This document shows positions 26,258 to 36,070 of a stretch of 64,000 nucleotides of DNA, one piece after another. Position numbers and translations under genes: made by a program. Source of the DNA: an uncultured Gammaproteobacteria bacterium (GTDB lineage Bacteria; Patescibacteriota; Microgenomatia; UBA8517); contig CAZGEA010000001.1 of assembly GCA_964524515.1 (NCBI GenBank), positions 233,522-297,521 of the forward strand, in the 5' to 3' direction. Below the pieces are notes generated by a model. The model did no database searches. It had not been told where the DNA came from and saw only the letters and a list, made by a program, of their open reading frames with translations. Every line of letters begins with the position of its first letter. Within the stretch, counting starts at the first letter, position 1.

Positions 26258-27400
26258 TCAAATTTCACTATCAGATGGAAGCGAAAAAACTTTAATATCT
26301 CCTAAAGAATTACCAATTGCACCTTGCAACTCACCATAAATTCTTGAGGCATTAAGCATCATTCTCTTAATTTGAATATCACGCTTTTTCCATATTCTCT
26401 CCATCGATCTACGTTCAGTTTCTAAATCCTCCTGCATATTTTTAATCCCTTCTGCAAATGATTCAAATCTATGCCTAAAAGTTTCACTCTGTAAATATTC
26501 ATACAAAAAATCAAGTTTTTCATCTTTACTCAATGCTGTCTGTTTTGCAGCAGCCAATTTAATAACTTCGCGTCTAAGTATTAATGCAAGTGGAATAGCA
26601 AAATTAAACGCACAAACAATTACTCCATCAATTATTGTAAAACTCTCAATCTCACGAGGTAAATGCTTACTCACGATTATTGCCATATTTGCACTACTAT
26701 TTCTTGCATCCTCACGCAATTTTGCAATCCACGATGGTGACCACTTTGCATCCTTACTTTCCCATAAAATAACACCAGCTAATCTTCCACTTTGACCTTT
26801 TACATTTTGGATAATATCAGCTCCTTGAACTCCTTTTTTAACTTCCTTAATTTCATCAATAGGAAAATTTTCTCGAAGAGATTGCTCCAAATTAAGCTCC
26901 AAAACTTCTCCCTGCATTTGCTGAGATCTTTGAGTTAATTTATAGTTTGCATCTTCGAGTGACTTCTTTGTATCGTCCAATTGTTTTCGTAAAAATCCAA
27001 CTTCGGTTTGAGCTTTTTCCTGAATCAATTTCGACATTTTCTCTTTTTCAACTTCCAATTCATTTTCCAATCTTTTTTGAAGTTCAATTTCTTTTTGTGA
27101 ATCAGATTCTCTCAAATCTCGCATTTCCTTCATCAATGTCAAAATTTGATTTTGAAGTTTATCGTTTTTATCTTTCAGTTCAACGTTCTCATTTTCTCTG
27201 TTTTTTTTATCAGTCTCTATTTCTGAAAGTAACTTCAAACTAGCCTCTTTTTTTGCATTATTAATAGCTTCACTTAATTCACTTTCATGTTTCTTTTGAA
27301 AAGATTCAGTAAGCTTATCTTGAATTTCATGCGTTAATGCATCAGTAATTTTAATCCTCTCACCACAATTTAAACATTTTACATAAATCTCTTCATTCAT
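26258..27400 (-). CDS. DUF2130-like protein: N-terminal Zn-ribbon-like CxxC, long coiled coil, conserved C-terminal domain
   Basis: VKCLNCGERIKITD, then roughly 150 aa of heptad-rich K/E/L sequence, and a C-terminal GVQGADIIQNV...GVILWESKDAKWSPSWIAKLRED domain recalled as typical of DUF2130. Confidence 0.5.
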   Translation of the reverse strand: MNEEIYVKCLNCGERIKITDALTHEIQDKLTESFQKKHESELSEAINNAKKEASLKLLSEIETDKKNRENENVELKDKNDKLQNQILTLMKEMRDLRESDSQKEIELQKRLENELEVEKEKMSKLIQEKAQTEVGFLRKQLDDTKKSLEDANYKLTQRSQQMQGEVLELNLEQSLRENFPIDEIKEVKKGVQGADIIQNVKGQSGRLAGVILWESKDAKWSPSWIAKLREDARNSSANMAIIVSKHLPREIESFTIIDGVIVCAFNFAIPLALILRREVIKLAAAKQTALSKDEKLDFLYEYLQSETFRHRFESFAEGIKNMQEDLETERRSMERIWKKRDIQIKRMMLNASRIYGELQGAIGNSLGDIKVFSLPSDSEI

Positions 27401-27412
27401 AAATTTAATTTT

Positions 27413-27958
27413 TTATTGTAGCATCCTTCTTCCAATTTTAATTGAAGTTACTTTCTTTTCAGTAATTGTCTGCAAAAACAAATCAGGATCATCCATCTCT
27501 TTATCAATATCCCAGTAACCCAATTCAACCAATACATTTTTTGTAAAATTATTTCGAAGCGATTTTAAATTTACACTCTTCTTCAAATTAGAAAAATAAT
27601 CTTGTAGCATTAAAAACAAATGTGAATGCTCTGCTCTATCTTGCAATAATTTATCAATGACCTCAGCAGCAAAAAATGCACAAGTACTTTTTTTTAAATC
27701 TTTTTTAACATTTGAAAACGAGTCAATAAGTTCTGTTTCAATTAATATATCAAGACCTCTATTTTCAATTGCACTAAATTTTATATAATTAAAAAGCTCA
27801 ATAGCATGACGTTTTTTACTTGTTGGTTTTCTCACACCTTTTGCAATAAAAGTTATTTTACCAAAATCTTTACTAAAAATAGTTACTATTCGATCTGCCT
27901 CAGCATAATCAAAACGTTTTAATATAATCCCCTCTGAAGAATAACTTTTAAATCTCAC
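27413..27958 (-). CDS. recO: DNA repair protein RecO (compact version, 181 aa)
   Basis: N-terminal OB-fold signature EGIILKRFDYAEADRIVTIFSKDFGKITFIAKGVRK. Confidence 0.7.
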   Translation of the reverse strand: MRFKSYSSEGIILKRFDYAEADRIVTIFSKDFGKITFIAKGVRKPTSKKRHAIELFNYIKFSAIENRGLDILIETELIDSFSNVKKDLKKSTCAFFAAEVIDKLLQDRAEHSHLFLMLQDYFSNLKKSVNLKSLRNNFTKNVLVELGYWDIDKEMDDPDLFLQTITEKKVTSIKIGRRMLQ

Positions 27959-30021
27959 AATTGCATTTTTATTTCGTGATCAGTTTTAAGAACAAACTCC
28001 TGTTTTTGTTTATTCACTTTAACTGAATAGATTGGAGCATCAACACCTGGTTGTTTCTGAATTAATAACTTATATTCCTTATTTTTAATTTCAAGAGGAG
28101 TTACATAAATTAATTTAAGTTTTACAACTCCTTCAGGTCGCAATCTATACAATCCAGAAAATACAGTTTTACCAAACTCATCATATAAATCATTTTTCTT
28201 TTCCAATCCTTCAAAAGATTCCAATGTTGATCCTTGAGGGACATATACTCTAATCCATGATGGTAAAACTGAATTAAGCCATCCATCAGACTTTTGTGTA
28301 TTTTTATATGTTATATCAAGCGTAGTCTTTAGTTTGCCATCAGCTGTAATCTCAGTTTGCTTGTTAACCTCTTCAGTTACATATAAATTAGATTTTCTTC
28401 CACCTAAATTTGCATTGTTTATATGAAGATAGTCTCCATCGTAATCTTCAATTCTTCCTGCAATTTTAAATCCTTCAGATGCTTTTTGTGTCTCTTCATC
28501 CAAAGAATAAAAAAGGATATGCTTTTGAAAAACAGAATCAATTCCAGCTTGAAAAAGTGCAGGTAATTTTTCTTTTGGTTGACCAAGAGCATTGCTCAAT
28601 ACTGAATTCATCAAAGGCCCAACGATCTCTTTTCTATTTTTACCGTAATTTTTAGGAGCAAAAATTATTTTAGTTGGATCATTTTGATCCCAAACTACAG
28701 CACCCTCAACATCAGCAAAATTTTCAAGTTCATAAATAACCTGTGGACAATTACATCTTGGATCATTTTCAGTACTAAAATTACCAAATCCTGAAACTCC
28801 AATTTTTCCAATAACATTCAAAATATTCACAACAACTTGCGTATCAACTGCAATTATTCCATCGAAATCACCAATCCCAGTTTTCTTAGCTTCTCTAACA
28901 AAAAGATCCATACTTTCTTTAAAATCAGGTGACCAATTCATATCACGAATTCGTAAATTCTTAGAAATTAAGTAAGGTCCTTTAATATAGTCAACAATTG
29001 CTTCAGGTGCAGGGACAGACGGAGTGTATTTATCGTCCAATGAATAAATATCACTAGAAGATACAGGCTGTGGTTTTCCTTTATCTAACTTCATTATTGA
29101 ATAAGCAGTCAAAAAACCACCAGTTGGTCTTAATTCCTTATCATTTTGAAACAACACTAAGTATGTTCTAGGTGATTCCATTCCCAAAAGATAAGGCATT
29201 TTTTGTAAAAGTGGTTTTCCATCGGTTATGAACAAATCGATCTCACCCAAAAGAGTCTTCGCTAAAACTATATTCTCCCTAATTGGTGTTCCTCTAAATG
29301 ATTCTGGATATCTTGAAGGATTTATTGTCTCAACTTGAGATTTAATCGCAGAAACCTTAACTGATAAGTCATCAAGCCTTGGCAATACCTGGCTCATTGT
29401 TGCCAATAAAAACTCAACTCTATCATTTGCTGTTTGAACACCACCACCGTTATCTGCTTTTCCACCTTTTAATCCAATTATGTCAGCGTATGGCTCAACT
29501 GTTTCAATAACAATTTTTGAAGCTTCAATTCCCTCTTTCGCAGAAGCAAGTAACGCTGATCCGTCTCTAAAATAATAACCAGCAACAGGAACCATTTTCA
29601 TCCATGACATTCGCTGATATGTTTTATCAAGTGCGGCAATTTTTCCATCCATCTCATTTACAAAATCCTTTATTTTTACAATATCCTGGCTTTTAACTAT
29701 CTCTTTTGCTCTTGGCAAATCAGCTTTCAACACCATTGCCTGTTTATAAAAAGCATATGCTGGCATACCAACAAAAACACCAACCAATAAAATCAACAAA
29801 ACAAATACAGACGAAACACCAATAATAATTTTTTTAGCTTTTGGAGAAATATTTAATCTTCTTCTCACTTTTGGAGTCTGAATAAAACTTGTTTGTTGGT
29901 TTTCCATCATTATTTTATTTTCATGATTAAAATCACGATTCAAATCAATCTGTTGAATTTCAGGCGGCTCGACAATCGACCTAGGCTTGATTTGTGGTAT
30001 TTCAGGCAGTCTGTCATCCAT
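27955..30021 (-). CDS. Large membrane-anchored extracytoplasmic protein, DUF4012-like (putative)
   Basis: Single TM helix (IIIGVSSVFVLLILLVGVFVGM) after a charged N-terminus. The motif RTYLVLFQNDKELRPTGGFLTAY is recalled as the DUF4012 core; this family assignment is from memory and not verified. A CNCP motif is present. Confidence 0.45.
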   Translation of the reverse strand: MDDRLPEIPQIKPRSIVEPPEIQQIDLNRDFNHENKIMMENQQTSFIQTPKVRRRLNISPKAKKIIIGVSSVFVLLILLVGVFVGMPAYAFYKQAMVLKADLPRAKEIVKSQDIVKIKDFVNEMDGKIAALDKTYQRMSWMKMVPVAGYYFRDGSALLASAKEGIEASKIVIETVEPYADIIGLKGGKADNGGGVQTANDRVEFLLATMSQVLPRLDDLSVKVSAIKSQVETINPSRYPESFRGTPIRENIVLAKTLLGEIDLFITDGKPLLQKMPYLLGMESPRTYLVLFQNDKELRPTGGFLTAYSIMKLDKGKPQPVSSSDIYSLDDKYTPSVPAPEAIVDYIKGPYLISKNLRIRDMNWSPDFKESMDLFVREAKKTGIGDFDGIIAVDTQVVVNILNVIGKIGVSGFGNFSTENDPRCNCPQVIYELENFADVEGAVVWDQNDPTKIIFAPKNYGKNRKEIVGPLMNSVLSNALGQPKEKLPALFQAGIDSVFQKHILFYSLDEETQKASEGFKIAGRIEDYDGDYLHINNANLGGRKSNLYVTEEVNKQTEITADGKLKTTLDITYKNTQKSDGWLNSVLPSWIRVYVPQGSTLESFEGLEKKNDLYDEFGKTVFSGLYRLRPEGVVKLKLIYVTPLEIKNKEYKLLIQKQPGVDAPIYSVKVNKQKQEFVLKTDHEIKMQL

Positions 30022-30037
30022 GTCTTTGTATTATATA

Positions 30038-30676
30038 CTACTGGGCACCTTTTCCAGAAATCATAGCCCAAGGAGTCTTTAGTAAAATTAATATATCCAA
30101 AATTATTGATTTTCGTCTTGCATAATAAGCATCCATTTCAATTCGCTTATCAAAATTAACCTCACTTCTGCCAGATACTTGCCAAAAACCAGTTATACCA
30201 GGCTTAACAGTCAACATTTCTTCAACCAATTTTTTTGTAAGTGGATAAATATTTTGCTGTTTTTCAAGTTCTTCAGGATAATATGGACGTGGACCCACAA
30301 TACTCATTTCACCTTTTAAAACATTAAAAAACTGTGGCATCTCATCAATTGAATGCTTACGTATAAACTTCCCGATTGGTGTCACTCTCGGATCGTTTTT
30401 AATCTTATAATTACCAGAAGTCTGTTGTTCTTTATATGCTTTCTTAAATTTCGGATCTTTTCGAAGCAACTCGTAAGCATTAGGAATCATCGAACGAAAC
30501 TTATATGGATAAAATGGATTACCGAATTTACCAACTCTCTTTGGAATATCAGCAAAAACAGGCCCAGGCGAAGTCAATTTTATCCCAATCGCAGTCACAA
30601 TCATTACAGGAGAAAACATAATAATCAAAAACAAAGAGCCGAAAATATCAATTATTCTTTTAAGGAAGTAATACAT
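30038..30676 (-). CDS. Small initiating phosphoglycosyltransferase (Bac_transf family, PglC/WcaJ-C-terminal-like): polyprenyl-phosphate sugar-1-phosphate transferase
   Basis: Hallmark DEMPQFFNVLKGEMSIVGPRP plus an N-terminal re-entrant helix and FRSM. Confidence 0.85.
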   Translation of the reverse strand: MYYFLKRIIDIFGSLFLIIMFSPVMIVTAIGIKLTSPGPVFADIPKRVGKFGNPFYPYKFRSMIPNAYELLRKDPKFKKAYKEQQTSGNYKIKNDPRVTPIGKFIRKHSIDEMPQFFNVLKGEMSIVGPRPYYPEELEKQQNIYPLTKKLVEEMLTVKPGITGFWQVSGRSEVNFDKRIEMDAYYARRKSIILDILILLKTPWAMISGKGAQ

Positions 30677-30681
30677 ATTCT

Positions 30682-31764
30682 TTATTCTACAAACTCCGGA
30701 TGCTCTTTCTCCAATATTGAAAAAATTTCCTTTACTTTATCCGTCATATTCATATCAGCAACAAGCAATCCATCATCAGTATCAATTATTACCTTACCAG
30801 AAACACCAATAGTTACAACAGGCCTATTTGTTTTACTAATTATCAAATTCCCTTCACTTGAAATTTGAGTAAAATATTTTCCATCAAAAATATTCTCATT
30901 TTTTTCCTTTGACAGAGCATTATAAAAAAGCTGCCAGGTACCAGCATCTTTCCATTTCATAGAAACTGGCAAAACAGCCCGCTTATCCGCATCAAGTTTT
31001 TCAAAAATTCCAAATTCAATTGAATCTTTCCTTAGTTTTGAATACTCCTCACCCAAAACTCTTTCAAAATCATCCGTTCCGTAAAAACTTACTATCTTTT
31101 CAAAAGATTTATACATCTCAGGCTCAAGATCTTTATAAAAAGAAAGTAAAGTATCTGATCTCCAAGCACGATAACCAGTGTTAAGTAGCCAATCTCCCTC
31201 AGCAAACATCACATCAGCAATTTCTTTTGCTGGTTTTTCGACATGCTTAACAATTTTAAATATATCAAAATCACCATATTTTTCGATAAAATCACCCCTT
31301 TTTACCCACCCGTGATGAATTGAAGCAAATTCAGGCACTTGGTCAACAGAAACTATTAATGAGGTTTTTTCAGCAAAATCACTAGCTACCTTTACAGCTT
31401 TCAAAAAAATTTCTTCATCATCAATAATATGATCAGACCAAGAAGCAACAATTGTTTCATTTCCATATTTTTTATGAACAATAGAAGTTGCAAGACCAAT
31501 TGAGGCTAGTGTATCTTTTCTATCTGGTTCAGAAATTATATTATCAATTGGCAAATCGGGAGCTTGTTTTTTAACAAAATCTACATATCTTGATTCAGTA
31601 GAAACTAAAATATCAGTAATAGGAAAGGCTTTCTTAAATCTCTCAATTGTAATTTGAAAAAATGATTTATCCTTTATTAACGGATAAAATTGTTTTGGAT
31701 TACTCTTTCGACTCGCAGGCCACATTCGAGTTCCATATCCTCCACAAAAAATAATTATTTTCAT
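30682..31764 (-). CDS. Sugar-1-phosphate nucleotidyltransferase, mannose-1-phosphate guanylyltransferase (ManC)-like
   Basis: IIFCGGYGTRMWPASRKSNPKQF matches the ManC GGxGTRLWPLSRxxxPKQF N-terminus. Confidence 0.75.
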   Translation of the reverse strand: MKIIIFCGGYGTRMWPASRKSNPKQFYPLIKDKSFFQITIERFKKAFPITDILVSTESRYVDFVKKQAPDLPIDNIISEPDRKDTLASIGLATSIVHKKYGNETIVASWSDHIIDDEEIFLKAVKVASDFAEKTSLIVSVDQVPEFASIHHGWVKRGDFIEKYGDFDIFKIVKHVEKPAKEIADVMFAEGDWLLNTGYRAWRSDTLLSFYKDLEPEMYKSFEKIVSFYGTDDFERVLGEEYSKLRKDSIEFGIFEKLDADKRAVLPVSMKWKDAGTWQLFYNALSKEKNENIFDGKYFTQISSEGNLIISKTNRPVVTIGVSGKVIIDTDDGLLVADMNMTDKVKEIFSILEKEHPEFVE

Positions 31765-31775
31765 TTTATTACTAA

Positions 31776-32909
31776 TTATAATATCAAAGATTCAATCTTT
31801 TGACTAAATTTTTTCAAAAACTGCCCTTCTTCAAACCTTTTTGCATTCAAAATAAGCTCACTAAAATCAAATTTTTGATGATCTGCCCTTTCAATTGCAT
31901 CAATCAATGATTCAGAATTTTGTTTATAAAATAAAATACCAGTCTTATGATTTATTACAGTTTCACTATTACCCCCGAATCCATACGCAATAACGGGGCA
32001 CCCAGAAGCCTGGGCTTCCAATGAGACCAAACCAAAATCCTCTTTTTGAGGGCAAATTATTGCCTTTGCATTTAAATATAATTTTTTAAGAATTACATCA
32101 CTAACTTTCCCCATAAAAACAATATTATCAAAAGCCATTTTTTTAAGTTTGTATTCTTCAGGACCAACACCAACAATAATTAATTTCTTTTTAAATTTAT
32201 TAAATGAACTAACTACTAAATCAATTCTTTTATAAGAAACAAGACGAGAGACAACTAAATAGTAATCATCTTTTATAAATTTAGGTGTCTTAACAAAAAA
32301 TGAAGAATTAATAGGTGGATAAATAATATCTGAATTTCTTTTATAATATTTTTTAATCCTTTTTTTAACTTCTTTTGAAATACTAACAATCTGATCTGGC
32401 CGAGAAGATGAGGACAAATCCCATTTTTTTAAATAATCAACAACTGGTGATAACATTTTTTTTGTATATTTATTTTTAAAATATTCATCATACCCTGACC
32501 ATAAATATCGAGGAGGAGTAAGAATATAACTTAAATGTTTCACATTATTATTTGTAATAACTCCTTTTGCAAACTCTGAAGTAACTGACAAAACAAGATC
32601 AAAATTAGAAAAATCAAAACTTTCAAAAACCATGGGCATTAAGTATGGAATCAACCGATGTCTTTTTCTCAAAAATTCAATATTGTTCAAATTACTAAAT
32701 TTTTTATTTTTAAATTCTTTTACCCATGAAGCATCTCTTTCAAAATAAACTGAAGAATATAAATAACAATTTGGAAACAATTTCAACAGTGACAATAAAA
32801 CTCTTTCAGCACCACCCCAACTATTTGCCTTATCATAAACAATTGCAACTTTTAAATCTTCAAAACTTGCTCGTAAACCTCTGTAATTTTTTGTGACATT
32901 TTTTTCCAT
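31776..32909 (-). CDS. Glycosyltransferase family 4 (GT-B)
   Basis: KVAIVYD...GGAERV N-terminus and EDFGLVSLEAQASGCPVIAYGFGG (EX7E region). The annotated 5' end overlaps the upstream GT4 by 58 nt. Confidence 0.8.
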   Translation of the reverse strand: MEKNVTKNYRGLRASFEDLKVAIVYDKANSWGGAERVLLSLLKLFPNCYLYSSVYFERDASWVKEFKNKKFSNLNNIEFLRKRHRLIPYLMPMVFESFDFSNFDLVLSVTSEFAKGVITNNNVKHLSYILTPPRYLWSGYDEYFKNKYTKKMLSPVVDYLKKWDLSSSSRPDQIVSISKEVKKRIKKYYKRNSDIIYPPINSSFFVKTPKFIKDDYYLVVSRLVSYKRIDLVVSSFNKFKKKLIIVGVGPEEYKLKKMAFDNIVFMGKVSDVILKKLYLNAKAIICPQKEDFGLVSLEAQASGCPVIAYGFGGNSETVINHKTGILFYKQNSESLIDAIERADHQKFDFSELILNAKRFEEGQFLKKFSQKIESLIL

Positions 32910-33982
32910 GAATATCTCTTTACGAAATTAATTGATTTTAAAATTATTTCCTTTCGCTTCTTTAGATCTAAGGTATACACATCTCTCATTGATTCCGCAA
33001 TAGAGGTAAAATCATATGGATTAAAATAAAATGGATTATCTTTATAAATTTCTTTAAAAACTGAAATGTCTGATGCCAAACAAATAGTTCCAGCTCTCAT
33101 CGCATCAATTCCAGGAAGCCCAAATCCTTCAGAAAATGATGGGAAAACAAATCCAACAGAATATTTATATAGTGAATAAAGATCACGATCAGGAACAAAA
33201 CCTAACAAACGTACATACTCCATTTGCTCAACTGGGATACTTTTTGAAAGTCTTTCTATAAAAACATTTCTAGCAGATACAATTACAAATAATGATTCTA
33301 GTCCATATTGTTTATTCAACACATAGTTTGCCTCAATTGCACGATCTAAATTCTTATATGGATATGCATTTCCAGTGTAAATGAAATAAGGCCTATCAAT
33401 ATTGTAAGTTTTCAAAACTGACTCGCCAGTTGGTACCATAGGTGGATCTTCAACACCTTCATATATTGCAGTTATTTTATTTTTCTGCAAATTATAATAC
33501 TTAGAAACTTCTTCCATAACTGCAACACTTGGAACAATAACTTTTTTTGCAGACAAAACAGCATGTCGAAACACTCTATGATAACCAAGTCTTTTTGTTT
33601 TAAATAAAACTGAAGGTAGTGTGGAACTCTTAACAGTCTTTTGATTATGCATTAACAAATCATGAATCGTAACAATATAATTTCCATTAAAATTAATTGG
33701 CACATTAAAATGTAAAAAATGAACAAGATCAGGATTTATTTTTTTAATTTGTCTTGCTAAAAATAAATGTTCACTAATACTATAATGTTTAATATCACAA
33801 AGTACTTTATGAACACCATTTGGCACTCTTAAACTTTCAAAATATTTCTTACGAAGTAACAAATAAAATTCAAATTCTGATTTATTTTTTACAATCTCAT
33901 CAACAAGGCGACAAGTATATCTTCCCAATCCCGTATTTTCAAGTCCATAAAATCTTGCATCAATTACAATCTTTTTCATCAA
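32852..33982 (-). CDS. Glycosyltransferase family 4 (GT-B)
   Basis: EGFGLPGIDAMRAGTICLASDISVFKE. Confidence 0.8.
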   Translation of the reverse strand: MMKKIVIDARFYGLENTGLGRYTCRLVDEIVKNKSEFEFYLLLRKKYFESLRVPNGVHKVLCDIKHYSISEHLFLARQIKKINPDLVHFLHFNVPINFNGNYIVTIHDLLMHNQKTVKSSTLPSVLFKTKRLGYHRVFRHAVLSAKKVIVPSVAVMEEVSKYYNLQKNKITAIYEGVEDPPMVPTGESVLKTYNIDRPYFIYTGNAYPYKNLDRAIEANYVLNKQYGLESLFVIVSARNVFIERLSKSIPVEQMEYVRLLGFVPDRDLYSLYKYSVGFVFPSFSEGFGLPGIDAMRAGTICLASDISVFKEIYKDNPFYFNPYDFTSIAESMRDVYTLDLKKRKEIILKSINFVKRYSWKKMSQKITEVYEQVLKI

Positions 33983-34878
33983 AAATATAATTTAATAATT
34001 CTAAAATAAGTCATTATTTCTATAGCAAATAAAACCATAAAATTAATATAAAATGGATACTGATTCCACAACCTTTTTCTATAAAAAATCTTCATCGAAT
34101 TCATTCCAGATATTATGTATTTACGTCTATCAGAAATTTTTCTTTTAATCCCAGTTTCTTTTTTTCCTTTAGATACACCTTTAATATGAACTATAGAAAC
34201 TTCAGGGAAATATATTATTTTAAATTTTGCATTTTTAATCTTCCAACACAAATCAATATCTTCACCATCTAAAAAATAATCTTCATCAAACCAATTAATT
34301 TTATCTAGTACTTTCTTTGATGTATAACAAAAAGCACCTTCAAGACTATCGATCTCATGGGTTTCATCTTCACTGATGTATCCATACCAATATTTTGAAA
34401 ATAATTTTGAATGAGGGAAAAGTCTATCAATTTTAGAAAAATGAGTTAACGAAACCCATGGTGTTGGAAAAGATCTACGTGCATCCAAATCCAAACTTCC
34501 ATCAAGTTTAACAAGTTTACAAGTAATTGCACCAATACTATTAATACTTAAAAATTTATCTCTAACTCTAGATAAAACATTTTTAGAAATTATTGTGTCA
34601 GGATTCAAAAACAACACGTGTTCACCATTTACAAATTTCCGAGATGAATTATTTCCCTTAGCAAAGCCCAAATTTAAATTATTTTCAACGATAATAATTT
34701 TATATTTTGTTTTTATTTCTTTTAGTTTTTCTAAAGAATTATCAGTTGAAAAATTATCAACAACAATTACTTCAAACTTAATTTCACCAACTGAATCATT
34801 TAAACTTTTCAAACAATCTATTAAAACATCACAAGAATTATAGTTTAAAATAACAATTGATAATTCTATCTTTTGCAT
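33979..34878 (-). CDS. Glycosyltransferase family 2
   Basis: LSIVILNYNSCDVLIDCLKSL...VIVVDNFSTDNS. Confidence 0.8.
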   Translation of the reverse strand: MQKIELSIVILNYNSCDVLIDCLKSLNDSVGEIKFEVIVVDNFSTDNSLEKLKEIKTKYKIIIVENNLNLGFAKGNNSSRKFVNGEHVLFLNPDTIISKNVLSRVRDKFLSINSIGAITCKLVKLDGSLDLDARRSFPTPWVSLTHFSKIDRLFPHSKLFSKYWYGYISEDETHEIDSLEGAFCYTSKKVLDKINWFDEDYFLDGEDIDLCWKIKNAKFKIIYFPEVSIVHIKGVSKGKKETGIKRKISDRRKYIISGMNSMKIFYRKRLWNQYPFYINFMVLFAIEIMTYFRIIKLYF

Positions 34879-34879
34879 T

Positions 34880-36070
34880 TTATTTTATTACTTGGTTATA
34901 TATTTCATCGTGAATTTTAACAATTGTTTTCCAATCATACTTATCCTTCACAAAATTTTGTCCATTCAAACCAATCTCTTTTGAATATTTAGGTCTATTT
35001 AAAATATCAATTGTTGCTTTTGCTAATCCTTCAGCAGTATCGGATACTACAACATGTTTTCCATCTTCAACATGTAACCCCGCAACACCAATCGAAGTTG
35101 ATACAACAGGCAAACCAGCGGCCAACGCCTCTAATACTTTCAAACGTGTTCCACCAGGCCCAAAAATTGGTACAACCATAACCATAGACTTTTGATATGC
35201 TTTTCTAGTTTCTTTCATATTCTCACTAAACTCAATTGATTCATCACTATTTGATAACTGTTTTATGTCAGACGGAATACTTCTACCAACAATCCAAAGT
35301 TTTGCATTTTTATATTCGCTTATTATTTTTGGCCAAACCTCTTTAATTAAATAATTCACTGCTTCAACATTTTGTAACCATTTAAAATTCCCAACATACA
35401 AAACCCTTGGTGTTTCATATTTTGAATATTTCTTCTCTGAATAAAATGCCGAATCAATTCCATTTGGAATAATTTCTACTTTTATTCCTTTTATTTCCTT
35501 TTGCATTATTTTTCGATCATCGTCAGAAACTGCAACCAGTTTATGTGCTTTCTTCCAAAAATGTTTTTCCCAATATCTAAGCTTATATACATCAATCATA
35601 AAAATTGGTCTTAAAAACCAAGGTACTTGTGTATCAACATGGTGTTTATAAACTAAATATTCAATAGTTTGCTCAACTAAAATTGTAGGAATATTTGTAT
35701 CAGGTAAATGTGGCATAACATAAAATGTCTCAGCATGAATTAAATCATATTTTTCCTTTTTAAGTTCATCCCTTATTGCCAATCTTTCCAAATATGACCA
35801 ATTCCTAATAACTAAAAGTGGATAATAAGAGAATGCAGTCAAAAGTATATTTCGCAATGTCCATGGGGATCTAGGTCTTCTAAAAACCAACACTTTCTTG
35901 CAATACTTTTCTAAATCAGGAATAAAACGACGCTCACTCTCATCTTTTATCAAAGAAAATAACGTAATTTCATGATTTTTTGATAAATATCTAATAATGT
36001 TATACCATCGAGTTTGCCCACCAGACATATAAGTGTTTGGCAAAAATGGAACTAACATCAATATCTTCAT
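34880..36070 (-). CDS. Glycosyltransferase family 4
   Basis: GPGGTRLKVLEALAAGLPVVSTSIGVAGL, with GT-B Rossmann halves. Confidence 0.8.
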   Translation of the reverse strand: MKILMLVPFLPNTYMSGGQTRWYNIIRYLSKNHEITLFSLIKDESERRFIPDLEKYCKKVLVFRRPRSPWTLRNILLTAFSYYPLLVIRNWSYLERLAIRDELKKEKYDLIHAETFYVMPHLPDTNIPTILVEQTIEYLVYKHHVDTQVPWFLRPIFMIDVYKLRYWEKHFWKKAHKLVAVSDDDRKIMQKEIKGIKVEIIPNGIDSAFYSEKKYSKYETPRVLYVGNFKWLQNVEAVNYLIKEVWPKIISEYKNAKLWIVGRSIPSDIKQLSNSDESIEFSENMKETRKAYQKSMVMVVPIFGPGGTRLKVLEALAAGLPVVSTSIGVAGLHVEDGKHVVVSDTAEGLAKATIDILNRPKYSKEIGLNGQNFVKDKYDWKTIVKIHDEIYNQVIK

